A stretch of DNA of 64,000 bases from an uncultured bacterium (GCA_963700155.1 OY969472.1:253511-317510), one strand, 5' to 3'. Positions 26,471 to 36,691 are shown, counted from the stretch's first letter. Made by a program: numbers and translations. The notes: generated by a model from the letters alone, not told the origin.

Positions 26471-26812
26471 TCAAGAATTTTTCAATATAATTTCAAATGC
26501 ACCTGATTGACCTGTGAAGTAACCGGCGGTTTTGAAACTTTCTATAAACTTTCCTTCTTTCACAAACTCATCTAAAAGTTTCAAAACCGCCGGTCGGACA
26601 ACTTCACCTTTTCCAGTAATCACAAGTACATTCTGAAGCTTTTGAATGTAACTGTCTTCTAAAAATTCTTTAAGATACTTCTCTATTTCAAATGAAGTTA
26701 ATAATCCAAAAGTATGGAAGTCTAAAATCGCTTCAGGAGTAAATCTTAAGAGATCATTATTAAAAAAACTTGGTGGATTTGAATTCTTTTTAGGTTTTTT
26801 CTTTCCAAACAT
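26471..26812 (-). CDS. Smr (small MutS-related) domain protein
   Basis: ILDFHTFGLLTSFEIEKYLKEFL...NVLVITGKGEVVRPAVLKLLDEFV matches the Smr pattern LDLHG...A...L..FL......V.VIHGKG...LR..V...L. Confidence 0.55.
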   Translation of the reverse strand: MFGKKKPKKNSNPPSFFNNDLLRFTPEAILDFHTFGLLTSFEIEKYLKEFLEDSYIQKLQNVLVITGKGEVVRPAVLKLLDEFVKEGKFIESFKTAGYFTGQSGAFEIILKNS

Positions 26813-26877
26813 AATAGATTTTACTTAATATTATTATACTAGTCGAATTTTATATCCTTCTGTTATAATTCTGGTGA

Positions 26878-27864
26878 ATGGAAAATGCAGCTGAAAACTT
26901 CCAAAAAATTATAGAACAATATCAAAGATTTCTTTCAACACCTAACCCAGATGATCCGAATTTTGAAGATAAAAATACTGCTTTTAATTATCTTAGAGAT
27001 CTAGATGAGAATAAAGCTTATGAAATTCTTCACCATCTTGACAGACTTGGGATAGATCGGAACTTTTTAAGAAGAGTTACTGTTGACCATAGAATTGAAA
27101 TGCTTCAACCAAATATTGGTGGTTACTTTGCTTTAGACAAAAATTTTATTGGTCTTAACTCAGCGATTCTTAGGCACGGAAGTGTTAATACTATAGTTCA
27201 TATTATTTATCACGAAGCATTACATGCAGGAGTAATAAAAGATTTGGAAGGAGTTAGAGTAAAAGATGAAGCACTTGTGGAATTCATTACAGTTCAAAAA
27301 ATGAAACAGGAATTCGGAAGAGATGACTTTATTTCTGGATATACCAATATCGTTCATGAGCTTGAAATTCTTTTAGGAGTTGAAGATGACAATTTTGATA
27401 TTAATAGAATTATTGAACAAATTAACTCAAGTAATATAGAGATGCTTGATAGATTCCTGGAAATTATTGTATTGAATCCTTTATTGGAAAGCTGGAATGT
27501 TGACTACCTAAGCTACTGGGAAATAGAAGATGAACTAAAGAAGAAATGGAATGCTGTTCTAAAATTATTCCCAAGATTAGTTAATGATATTGATTCTCCA
27601 AGCCGTGGACCTCATGAAGAAGCTTTAATGAGAGTTGACGAATACAAGTTAGAAAATTTATTAAGAAAAGCTGCTGAAAGGATTTTTCATCATCCAGTTC
27701 TCATCTTTCAAATTCTGCAAAAAGTAAATAATAATTTAGGAAAGTACATTCAAGATGAAAAATCCCTTAGATTCGCTATGAGAGATTTAGGATATGGTTA
27801 TCTTGTAGATTTTGCAGAGGAAAATGGAATAGATATATTTTCATTAACTACTTACGAGCAGTAA
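26878..27864 (+). CDS. Hypothetical protein with HExxH motif (IIYHEALHAGV), possible zinc metallopeptidase-like
   Basis: Single HEALH motif in a hydrophobic context. No second zinc-ligand motif confidently identified. Confidence 0.35.
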   Translation: MENAAENFQKIIEQYQRFLSTPNPDDPNFEDKNTAFNYLRDLDENKAYEILHHLDRLGIDRNFLRRVTVDHRIEMLQPNIGGYFALDKNFIGLNSAILRHGSVNTIVHIIYHEALHAGVIKDLEGVRVKDEALVEFITVQKMKQEFGRDDFISGYTNIVHELEILLGVEDDNFDINRIIEQINSSNIEMLDRFLEIIVLNPLLESWNVDYLSYWEIEDELKKKWNAVLKLFPRLVNDIDSPSRGPHEEALMRVDEYKLENLLRKAAERIFHHPVLIFQILQKVNNNLGKYIQDEKSLRFAMRDLGYGYLVDFAEENGIDIFSLTTYEQ

Positions 27865-27936
27865 ACTTGAACTTTAGTAACTTTCCAGTGATAATAGATT
27901 AATTGTTCTAAGATTCTACTTATTATAAAAATTCTA

Positions 27937-28239
27937 ATGCAGCCAAAAGATTCAACTCCTCAACAAACCTCAGATGGTAAAATTCAGCCGGATGAACCAA
28001 CAATGGAAAGGTTAAGAAATCTTGCTCCTATAGGAGATTTGCTTTTTGAAGTTAGCAACGATAATTCAGAAGAAACTTACTTTCTTGCAAAAAGTTCTTT
28101 AGGTAAATTTAAAGACGGAATTACTAAACTTGAACTTCCTCCACAGATTATGAAAGGAATGTTAAACTTAATAAAATATTTAGAAACTAAAATTGAAAAA
28201 AGAAAAAGACAAGCACTTGGTGAATTCTCTAAAGATTAA
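27937..28239 (+). CDS. Hypothetical small protein
   Basis: 100-aa ORF whose stop overlaps the start of the CPBP protease gene (ATGA). Confidence 0.35.
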   Translation: MQPKDSTPQQTSDGKIQPDEPTMERLRNLAPIGDLLFEVSNDNSEETYFLAKSSLGKFKDGITKLELPPQIMKGMLNLIKYLETKIEKRKRQALGEFSKD

Positions 28240-29195
28240 TGGAAAGCAAATCTCTTTTAAAAAACTTTATAAGCTTTTTAAGGCATCCACAATATTATGC
28301 CCTCTCAAACAAATCTTTCCTTAAAAAGCTTTCTGATGTAACAAGGCTTATTGCTTTAATGTACTTGATATCAATATTAGCAGGAATACTTATTTCATTT
28401 GTAGTTTTGTCTACAGGTTATGATATTGGTCAAAATGCTGTTGTAGGTCTTGTTGAAACTGGACCTATTCTAACAACAGTAATACTTGGTGTATTTTTAG
28501 CTCCATTAACTGAAGAACTAACATTCAGATTAGGTCTTAGATTTTCATATAAAAAACTTGCTTTAGCTTTAACATTTATATCCATAACAATATTTGATCT
28601 GCTACGAGCTTATGTATTTACAACGCTTCCTGACTGGATTTTAAGTATAAAAAATTTCTTAGGATTAGGAGGTTTGAGCTATCTGGTTGTATTAGTAGTT
28701 TTTGGACTGATTATTTATTTCTTGGCAAAAAGATTTATTAAATATGATAACGCAGAAAAATTTTATGAGAAAAATATAGGAAAATTATTCTACTTTTCAG
28801 TTTTAGCTTTTGGTTTTATACATATAACTAATTATTTTAATCTTGGATCTTTAATTCTTTTAACACCAATATTTATTCTTCCTCAAATTAATGCTGGAAT
28901 ATTTTTAGGATATATCAGAATGAATTATGGTTTTAAATGGAATGTTTTTACGCATAGCATTTATAATTCAATTACTATAATTCCTTTTGTTATTCTAAGT
29001 TTTGGATCTAAAGGTCTTCAATCTTTTTTACACGGGAAAATGAGCATTGTAAGTTTTAATTCCTTACCATCAAGTGATTTAGTATTATTAAGTATATTAG
29101 GACTAGGATTATTAACAGCTCTACTTCTTCTTTTAGGCCTTAACCTACAGTTAATTATTGAATACTTTGTTAATAGAAAAAATCTCGCTTATTAA
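28239..29195 (+). CDS. CPBP-family (CAAX protease / Abi) intramembrane metalloprotease
   Basis: Polytopic membrane protein with the CPBP motifs TEELTFRLGL (EExxxR), FGFIHITN (FxxxH) and HSIYNS (HxxxN/D). Confidence 0.7.
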   Translation: MESKSLLKNFISFLRHPQYYALSNKSFLKKLSDVTRLIALMYLISILAGILISFVVLSTGYDIGQNAVVGLVETGPILTTVILGVFLAPLTEELTFRLGLRFSYKKLALALTFISITIFDLLRAYVFTTLPDWILSIKNFLGLGGLSYLVVLVVFGLIIYFLAKRFIKYDNAEKFYEKNIGKLFYFSVLAFGFIHITNYFNLGSLILLTPIFILPQINAGIFLGYIRMNYGFKWNVFTHSIYNSITIIPFVILSFGSKGLQSFLHGKMSIVSFNSLPSSDLVLLSILGLGLLTALLLLLGLNLQLIIEYFVNRKNLAY

Positions 29196-29288
29196 GTTAC
29201 CAATTTAGAATGTAAAATTTAAGTTAAAGTATAGTAAATTAAATGTAAAATATTTATACTGTTCTTATTAGCTCTAAAAATTACATTT

Positions 29289-29828
29289 GTGAACGATGAG
29301 TTAGATCTTAATAAAATCGGTAGAATGGTCTCGGATAGAGACACATTACTTGCAGAATTATTTCCTTACGCCGAAATTTTCCCTGATGAAATTACAAATG
29401 TAGATCTTAATACTAGAGAAGTTGAAATTAATAGTGAAAGACTATCTATTTTATCTAGCATTATAAATGATGGTGACCTTTCAATGACTATTGATAGTAG
29501 AAAAAGGAAACATTATTTATTAATTATGCGAAGGTTGCTAGAGTTACTTTATACAGTACCAGAAAAATTATTCCCAAAAAACTTTGAATTTACTGTAGAA
29601 AATATTGTTTTCCTCCAAGAATTATATGAAATGGCTAGAAAGTTTTATAGAGATAATATAAGTAGACGTAAATCTTATACTACGATGATAACGGATGATG
29701 TTTTAACAGGAATAAAATCAATAAAAACTATAAAGACGCAAAAATTCGATCCAGAATTTCTTGCTTGGATTATTGATCAAGCAATAGAAGATGAATGTGA
29801 TTATATGAAAGTAAATGGAGAAGCTTAG
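29289..29828 (+). CDS. Hypothetical protein
   Basis: 179-aa ORF; no motif. Confidence 0.4.
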   Translation: MNDELDLNKIGRMVSDRDTLLAELFPYAEIFPDEITNVDLNTREVEINSERLSILSSIINDGDLSMTIDSRKRKHYLLIMRRLLELLYTVPEKLFPKNFEFTVENIVFLQELYEMARKFYRDNISRRKSYTTMITDDVLTGIKSIKTIKTQKFDPEFLAWIIDQAIEDECDYMKVNGEA

Positions 29829-29831
29829 AAT

Positions 29832-30110
29832 TTAACTTTCTGTAGATTTAGTTAAAAATCTTTTAACTTCTTCAGGTAGTTTGGTGAATTCTTCTTTTTT
29901 TAGATGATCAACTCTTTCAAATTCTTGGTTACTACCTACAGGTCTTCTAAATAAAAATAGTGGTGTAATTTGATATTCCCAATTTTCATTTGAGACAAAA
30001 ATACTATCTAAAACCATACCAGATCTAAGTTGAGATTGTCTTCGAAGTTCTCTTTTCAAATTACTTCTATATGGACTATTGAATTTATCTATATCATCTA
30101 CCCTGCCCAT
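29832..30110 (-). CDS. Hypothetical small protein
   Basis: 92-aa ORF co-oriented with 30115..30384. Confidence 0.35.
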   Translation of the reverse strand: MGRVDDIDKFNSPYRSNLKRELRRQSQLRSGMVLDSIFVSNENWEYQITPLFLFRRPVGSNQEFERVDHLKKEEFTKLPEEVKRFLTKSTES

Positions 30111-30114
30111 GATA

Positions 30115-30384
30115 TTAAATATTATTTATAAAATTATCATCTTCTTTTGCAGCTTCATTAATAAAAAGTTGCAATGAAAAAGGTAAGTCCCAGAAGTTCA
30201 TACACATAACAGCCATATACCAACCTTGATTTGTCAATACTTCAACCACTCCTGATTCATTAATTTTAAATTCATATCCATTATAAGAAATAATTTCACC
30301 AATCTCTGGATATTTTATTCCAAGCGAGTTTAATGAATGTTCAATATCTGCTTGGAGTAATTTCTCTTCACTATATCTATCCAT
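30115..30384 (-). CDS. Hypothetical small protein
   Basis: 89-aa ORF. Confidence 0.35.
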   Translation of the reverse strand: MDRYSEEKLLQADIEHSLNSLGIKYPEIGEIISYNGYEFKINESGVVEVLTNQGWYMAVMCMNFWDLPFSLQLFINEAAKEDDNFINNI

Positions 30385-30559
30385 AATATTAAGTATTCAA
30401 ATTTAAAATACATTTATCTGTTTAATTTTTAAAAGCGGCATCAGTGAAAACAATATAGATAATTCTATTATTTGCACTGATACCGCCCCGAACAAGCTTG
30501 TCCCAGGCGGCGATGATTACTATTTAATTGTACTTTAACGAGGTAGGTGATCGCGCTGT

Positions 30560-30745
30560 TTAAACAGCTGCAACCTCAGGCATAATCCCATAATATGCCT
30601 TTACCTCGCTGGGAACCAGTGCCTGTGGCACCGGTTCCCAATCATTGCCCATAAGTGTTTTTTTCTGCCTTTCAATTTTGCCATTTTTCAGGCGAAACCA
30701 TGTATTTCCGCCATCAAAGGAAAAGAGATTTGTATTATTCTGCAC
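30560..30745 (-). pseudogene. Orphan GC-rich gene fragment encoding a BNR/Asp-box repeat (SFDGGNTW), probable remnant of a foreign gene
   Basis: 61-aa ORF in a ~50% GC islet (30420-31010). Contains the S-x-D-x-G-x-T-W BNR motif but is far too short for a BNR-repeat protein. No upstream in-frame continuation. Confidence 0.35.
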
Positions 30746-30805
30746 GATTCTAAACCTTCCGTGTTACATACGACTGGCAATATCATAATCCGCTAGTGGC
30801 CAGCC

Positions 30806-30863
30806 TCACTGCGAACTACATGAACTTCTATAAATTTTTAGGAGCTTATGTAGTTCGCAGTGA
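30806..30863. repeat. 16-bp perfect inverted repeat (TCACTGCGAACTACAT ... ATGTAGTTCGCAGTGA) with 26-nt loop
   Basis: Exact complementarity. Loop contains TAGGAGCTT followed by ATG-TAG at the start of the second arm. Inside the GC-rich islet. Confidence 0.5.
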
Positions 30864-31219
30864 AGTTTGCTTGTCCGAGGGTGAAAACAAAACCTTTGTT
30901 AAAGCTTTGTTTTGTCAATGAGCGTCTAATGAAAGACACTTTCCCTCCAAGGCTAAGCCATTGAAGTCAAAATTAAAAGCATATCAAAAGATAGCTTTGG
31001 GGAGAGTATATTATTTAAAAACAACAATGTCAAGATTTTGTCACCAAAAACAGACGACAATACTGTGCATTTAGATATAGATTAATATATATAATGATAA
31101 TATTATGGCAAGAATATTTATAAAAGGAACATTTCCCAATTTAGTATGTTTCACCTCTTATTAATTTTCGGAAACTAAAAAAAATATGATATTATCCACA
31201 TGATTAATTACTTATAAAT

Positions 31220-33367
31220 ATGGATCAATTTCGTAATGAAAATAAACAAATAACTTTAGATGAAGTTCTTGAGATGTTCAACTATGAAGAAATTACATCA
31301 TTTATACTTAGGAATTATTATATTTTGGAAGATGAAAAGGAAAATCTATTAAATTTTATACAAAGCCTTCCCGATTATTATAAATATATTGTCTTTACTT
31401 GCATATTTCAACAATTCGAAGAAGATAAGTTTGACTTTGATCTTATTAATAATTTTGGTGAGCAAAATTTTAAAAGTGATCTTGAATCTGTAATATATGT
31501 GTTTAATTACTTTCATTTCTATGGGACTAATGGTGGCAAAGATGCGAGGAAACAGCTCATTATGCTTAAAGAGAGAATATTAACAAGAGAAATTTTAATA
31601 CCAAATGAAAATAATTATGAATCTGAATCGCAAATAAGGGGCGTACAATTCAATGTTTCAATCTCACAAGTAGAGAATATAGAAGATTTCAAATCGATAC
31701 TGGTGTCAACTTTTGATTATTTTGCTGAATTAATTTATAAAAATTTAGAATTAAGTTTTTCTTTTGAAGATTTTACAAAATTAAGAGAAATCCATCCTTA
31801 TTATTTACTTTTATTAATAAGAGCTAGTAATGTTATTAGCATTGATGTGCATATTATTGTTGATAAAATTATTGAACTAGAAATATATGGTGATGGTTAT
31901 AGAAAATCAAAATTCTGGAGTGACACTAGGGTGTTTGGTAAAAAGCTTACTGATTTAGCACCGACTAAATTAGGAAGTTTCATAAAATCGAGAATGATCT
32001 TAAAACAACATCCATTGAAATACGATAGTAAAGATAATGGTGATAACAAAAGAGAAGAAAACTCTTCAATTAAAAATGAGAATAAAGAAGAAGTAGAACT
32101 AATCGATATTGACTTCACTAATGTTTTATTAGAAACAAACTCAGTTGAAGAATTCGAAAGTATTATTCGATCATATTTTGAAAAGTATATAGATTTAATC
32201 GGGACAACTTTATGCAAGAACTTATCTAGTGAAGACTATATAAAACTTAGCTCATTGCACTTTTACTATTTATTCCTCTTGCTAACAGCTATTCCGGAAT
32301 TAAAGATAAATGCAACAGAAGTTGCGAAAAAAATAACAGAATTTAAAATATTTCCAAATGTATATACAAGAAAAAAGTATTCACAAGATAAAAATTTTAT
32401 AACTTTTAAATTGAAATTTATTCTTCCCGAGAAACTTGAAGACTTTGTTGCAAGAAGAGATGAAATCATATTTAACATTAATGAAACCAGAAGAAGATTA
32501 AATAACTTAGAAGATAATTCTAATGAATTAAGTGAAGAAGATATTGAAGATATTACAGAAACTCCAAATAATAATTTTGAGTATGAAATTCCTCCAAACT
32601 TATTAGGTACAATCGAGCTTTTAAATCTTCCAGAAAGTCTTAAACAAAGTCTTTTTGATTATATATCTAACTTATTGGAATTTAGTGACGCTCAAAAGTT
32701 TTTAGAAAGATTTAGCTTATTTTTAAAAAATATAAAATTGGAGCTGGTTTCAACTTCTGATATTGAATATAAAATAGGTTTGATTAACAGGTTTATATTT
32801 CAACTTGAATCAATAAATTTAAATTATTATATTCCTGAACTTCAAGACACACTAATGTCAGTAGAAAATAGTTACCATTTTTATTTAAATAATAATTCAA
32901 ATTCTTATATTGAGGAGAATGATACAGAGCTACTAAAAGAAGATAAAGAAATGTTATTAAACTTGATTAATGAATACTTTGATTTAGAAATAAAAATTGA
33001 TGAATTTTCAGATTTTAACCAAATTAGGAATAAGCTTTCTATGGTAATTTTTACAGGAAATTACTCAGAAAAATTAAAAGAATTAATAATCTTCTTAAAA
33101 AATAAACTGAAAAATCGACTAAACTCTAGACTATATAGAATATTTATAGAATTAGGCGACTTAGCATATAATTTAATCCCTGAATTACTTAGTAAGAATA
33201 TTATTGAAATAGAAAAAACAAATTTAGGACTAGTAGATAATCTTGAAGATGAGTCATCTGAGAATACTTACGATGAGGAACCTGAAGATTCTGAATTAAT
33301 TTCCGAAGATAACATAGATGAAATGCTTGGTGACTTTGATGTAAATGAACTTACCGAACGATATTAA
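31220..33367 (+). CDS. Large acidic hypothetical protein with internal domain duplication
   Basis: 715 aa, D/E/N-rich. Two homologous segments (FKSILVSTFDYFAELIYKNLELSFSFEDFTKLREIHPYYLLLLI vs FESIIRSYFEKYIDLIGTTLCKNLSSEDYIKLSSLHFYYLFLLL). Acidic C-terminal tail. Confidence 0.5.
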   Translation: MDQFRNENKQITLDEVLEMFNYEEITSFILRNYYILEDEKENLLNFIQSLPDYYKYIVFTCIFQQFEEDKFDFDLINNFGEQNFKSDLESVIYVFNYFHFYGTNGGKDARKQLIMLKERILTREILIPNENNYESESQIRGVQFNVSISQVENIEDFKSILVSTFDYFAELIYKNLELSFSFEDFTKLREIHPYYLLLLIRASNVISIDVHIIVDKIIELEIYGDGYRKSKFWSDTRVFGKKLTDLAPTKLGSFIKSRMILKQHPLKYDSKDNGDNKREENSSIKNENKEEVELIDIDFTNVLLETNSVEEFESIIRSYFEKYIDLIGTTLCKNLSSEDYIKLSSLHFYYLFLLLTAIPELKINATEVAKKITEFKIFPNVYTRKKYSQDKNFITFKLKFILPEKLEDFVARRDEIIFNINETRRRLNNLEDNSNELSEEDIEDITETPNNNFEYEIPPNLLGTIELLNLPESLKQSLFDYISNLLEFSDAQKFLERFSLFLKNIKLELVSTSDIEYKIGLINRFIFQLESINLNYYIPELQDTLMSVENSYHFYLNNNSNSYIEENDTELLKEDKEMLLNLINEYFDLEIKIDEFSDFNQIRNKLSMVIFTGNYSEKLKELIIFLKNKLKNRLNSRLYRIFIELGDLAYNLIPELLSKNIIEIEKTNLGLVDNLEDESSENTYDEEPEDSELISEDNIDEMLGDFDVNELTERY

Positions 33368-33429
33368 CAAGAGCCTTAAAATAGAGATTATACAAGCTCT
33401 AAACCCCTCTTCTGTGTTATAATATCCCG

Positions 33430-35349
33430 GTGTCAGATTTTGAAAAAATACCACAAAAAAATATAAGAAACATCGCTATTATTGCGCATGTTGACCATGG
33501 GAAAACTACGCTTGTTGATGCTTTTTTAAAGCAGAGCCATATTTTTAGAGATAATCAGGAAGAAATGAATCAAGAGATGATTTTAGACACAGGAGAGCTT
33601 GAAAGAGAAAAAGGAATCACAATAAAAGCAAAAAATATTGCTGTAAGATATTCACCAGAAAGAACTAATGAAGAATATAAAATTAATATCATTGATACAC
33701 CAGGTCATGCTGATTTTGGTGGAGAAGTTGAAAGAACTTTGAATATGGCTGATGGATGTATTCTTTTGGTAGATGCTCAGGAAGGTCCAATGCCACAAAC
33801 TAAATTTGTTTTAAAAAAAGCATTAGAACTTGGTCTAAGACCAATGGTAATTATAAATAAAATAGATAAACAGTTTGCTAATCCAAAAAAGGTTTTAGAC
33901 AAAGTAAATGATTTATTTTTAACTCTAGCAACGGAGCCGGAACAATTGGAGTTCCCGGTTTTCTATGCTATTGGAAGAGATGGTAAAGTATTTTCAGAGC
34001 TTCCAGTGGCAGATGCACAAGGAAATTTCCCAGCTGCAGTTATTAAGCCGCTTTTAGAAGAGATCATTAATTTTGTTCCGGCTCCTACCGGAGATGAAAA
34101 TCAACCACTACAAATGCAGGTTACTTCTTTAGAATATGATACTCATTTGGGAAGATTATTAATTGGGAAAATAAGAAGAGGAACTGCAAAAGTTGGGGAT
34201 TCGATTGTAATAATTCATAATGAAGAAGAGAATTCTCCAAAAGACTCTGGAAAAATAAAAAATATCAAAGTTAGAGAAGGTTTAGCTTATATTGATGTAG
34301 ATTCTGCTTCAGCAGGGGAAATTATTGCAGTGTCAGGAGTAGAATCAACAGCAATCGGTGGAACTTTATGTGCTGCAACTACTCAAGAAGCATTACCTAC
34401 TATAAAGATTTCAAATCCATCTGTTCAAATTAAATTTGAAGCAAATACTTCTCCATTCATGGGTAAAGAAGGAAAATTTGTTTCTGCTAAACAACTTCAA
34501 CAAAGATTAGAAAAAGAAGCAGAAACAAACATTAGTCTTAAAATATCTAAAGCAGATGGTGGAGCTTATAACGTAGCAGGACGTGGTGAATTACAACTAT
34601 CAATTTTAATTGAAACTATGAGAAGAGAAGGCTACGAATTTCAAGTTCGAAGACCAGAAGTAATCTTTGAAGAAAGAGAAGGCAAAAAATATGAACCTAT
34701 TGAAGAAGTAGTTATTGACGTACCATCCGATTACCAAGGTACAGTAACACAAGCTCTAAGCGAAAGGAAAGCTGAATTAACTAATCTTGAAAACGAAGGT
34801 AATAATGTAAGATTCACATATAAAATATTAACTAGAAATCTATTGGGTCTTCGTACTCAATTATTAACAGCAACAAAAGGAAATTTAGTCATGAATAACT
34901 TTTTATTAGATTATGTTCCTTACACTCATCAAGAAGAACTTTACCGAAGAGGAGTTTTAATTTCTTCAGATACTGGGACAGCAATGGGATATTCATTGAA
35001 TACTATTCAAGAAAGAGGTGAACTTTTTATTGAACCTGGTACTCAAGTTTATTCAGGTATGATAATTGGAATAAATAAATATGAACAAGACCTGGAAGTA
35101 AACCCAATAAAAGAAAGACAAAAGTCTGCAGTAAGAATGAAGCATGATGAAATTACTCAGACTGTACTAAAAGCAATAAAACCTTTAACTTTAGAATTTG
35201 CTTTGTTATTTTTAAGTAAAGATGAAATTCTGGAAGTAACTCCAAAAAATTTAAGACTTCGAAAACAATATCTTACAAAAACTGAAAGAGATTGGTCCAA
35301 AAGGCAAAATCTTACAGATTTTGCCAAGCAGCAAATGGGAATAGCTTAA
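33430..35349 (+). CDS. typA: Translational GTPase TypA/BipA
   Basis: G1 AIIAHVDHGKTTLVD, G3 DTPGHADFGGEVER, G4 NKID, EF-G-like domains II-V. Length 639 aa. Confidence 0.9.
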   Translation: MSDFEKIPQKNIRNIAIIAHVDHGKTTLVDAFLKQSHIFRDNQEEMNQEMILDTGELEREKGITIKAKNIAVRYSPERTNEEYKINIIDTPGHADFGGEVERTLNMADGCILLVDAQEGPMPQTKFVLKKALELGLRPMVIINKIDKQFANPKKVLDKVNDLFLTLATEPEQLEFPVFYAIGRDGKVFSELPVADAQGNFPAAVIKPLLEEIINFVPAPTGDENQPLQMQVTSLEYDTHLGRLLIGKIRRGTAKVGDSIVIIHNEEENSPKDSGKIKNIKVREGLAYIDVDSASAGEIIAVSGVESTAIGGTLCAATTQEALPTIKISNPSVQIKFEANTSPFMGKEGKFVSAKQLQQRLEKEAETNISLKISKADGGAYNVAGRGELQLSILIETMRREGYEFQVRRPEVIFEEREGKKYEPIEEVVIDVPSDYQGTVTQALSERKAELTNLENEGNNVRFTYKILTRNLLGLRTQLLTATKGNLVMNNFLLDYVPYTHQEELYRRGVLISSDTGTAMGYSLNTIQERGELFIEPGTQVYSGMIIGINKYEQDLEVNPIKERQKSAVRMKHDEITQTVLKAIKPLTLEFALLFLSKDEILEVTPKNLRLRKQYLTKTERDWSKRQNLTDFAKQQMGIA

Positions 35350-35356
35350 ATCTATC

Positions 35357-35791
35357 CTATTTTTTTTGTTTGAAATAATCAGGATCAATAATTTCCATTG
35401 CATCTTCATTATAAGCAAGTACATTCACTAATATTATTAATGACTTCTCTTTTTGATCATCATCATAACTCGCAAAATTATCAATAAAACCATCAAGATT
35501 TTTCAAAATCTTATCATTTAATTCTGGGGAAATTTTGCTCCATTTATAATCTTCGACTTCTTCGATACTCATTCCTGTAATCTTCGATAATAAAGACTTT
35601 TCACCATCTAAAATGCTGCTTGGATTATCAACAGTAAAATTATCATTAAAATAAATATCTACTAACATTTTCTGTACTGCATTAGGAATATATGATTTAA
35701 CTCGTTCTGGACTTGATATAATTAAACTTGCTAGATTTTCCTTTTCTTTAACTGTAACTGAAAGTACATCATAATTAGGATTAATTGCCAT
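35357..35791 (-). CDS. Hypothetical protein
   Basis: 144-aa ORF; no motif. Confidence 0.4.
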   Translation of the reverse strand: MAINPNYDVLSVTVKEKENLASLIISSPERVKSYIPNAVQKMLVDIYFNDNFTVDNPSSILDGEKSLLSKITGMSIEEVEDYKWSKISPELNDKILKNLDGFIDNFASYDDDQKEKSLIILVNVLAYNEDAMEIIDPDYFKQKK

Positions 35792-35913
35792 ACAAAAATA
35801 TTAAAAATTATATATATACTTATAGGATACCAAAAATAGAAAACTTCTCACAAAGCTTAAATTGTCATTAAAATTACTATATTATGTATTTGTAATTATT
35901 TACAATTTAAATT

Positions 35914-36675
35914 ATGCGGAAATATTTTGTATATCTTGTTCCAATAGCTACTTTAGCAACTTTATTAGTAAATCTTCTCTCTGGCATGGGGAAAATAAAT
36001 GATACAACCCCACAAGCACTTTCTGATTCTTACCCAGTACTTTTTGTTCCTGCAGGATACGTTTTCGCAATCTGGGGAGTCATTTATGTAGGAATGATCT
36101 TGTATACAATTTATCAATTCAGGCATAGAGATGAAGAAGATTTAAATTCAACACGTGAACTGTACGTTGTTGCATCTTTAGCAAATATTTCATGGATATT
36201 CTTATGGCATTACAGACACCCACTCTGGAGTGTTTTAGCAATGGTAATTTTATTAATAAGTTTAATTACAATTTATTTGAAATTAGGAATTGGAGTAAAA
36301 AAAGTTAATAGGGCTAGAAGCTGGATGGTTCAGACTCCATTCAGTATTTATCTTGGATGGATTTCAGTAGCAACAATAGCTAATATCACTGTTGCTTTGT
36401 ATGTTCTTAAGTGGAGCGGATTTGGAATATCTTCTGAATCCTGGTCAGCAATAATGATAATGGTTGCCATGGTTTTAGCATTATTAATGCTTATTAAGAA
36501 GAAAGATACTGGATACGCAATAGTAATAATCTGGGCAGTCTTAGGGATAAATATAAAGTTTCAAGATATTGGAATAATTTATCTCTCCTCACTATTTTGT
36601 GTAGCAATACTTAGTGGATCATTTGTATATACAGCCCTACGGAAATATGAGAATTACATTAAGTTAGAACCTTAA
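35914..36675 (+). CDS. TspO/MBR-like tryptophan-rich membrane protein (extended)
   Basis: Multi-TM protein with FVPAGYVFAIWGVIYVGM, ASLANISWIFLWHY, TPFSIYLGWISVATIANITVALYV resembling TspO helices. Longer than canonical TspO. Confidence 0.4.
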   Translation: MRKYFVYLVPIATLATLLVNLLSGMGKINDTTPQALSDSYPVLFVPAGYVFAIWGVIYVGMILYTIYQFRHRDEEDLNSTRELYVVASLANISWIFLWHYRHPLWSVLAMVILLISLITIYLKLGIGVKKVNRARSWMVQTPFSIYLGWISVATIANITVALYVLKWSGFGISSESWSAIMIMVAMVLALLMLIKKKDTGYAIVIIWAVLGINIKFQDIGIIYLSSLFCVAILSGSFVYTALRKYENYIKLEP

Positions 36676-36691
36676 TTTTTATAAAGTACAT

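Noticed and set aside
30420-31010. Possibility that the GC-rich insert is tmRNA, SRP RNA or a cobalamin riboswitch
   Set aside because: I could not find the tmRNA tRNA-like ends (GGGG…/…UCCACCA with a GGUUCGAAUCC T-arm), an Ala-Ala-stop tag reading frame, the SRP AGGUCCGGAAGGAAGCAGC block, or a B12 box (only GCCACTA, not GCCACTG, and no surrounding context). It is left as an unassigned foreign insert.
31897-32478. ORFs 31897..32217(-) and 32266..32478(-)
   Set aside because: They are antisense within the 715-aa acidic protein gene, with hydrophobic junk translations characteristic of the reverse complement of A-rich coding sequence.
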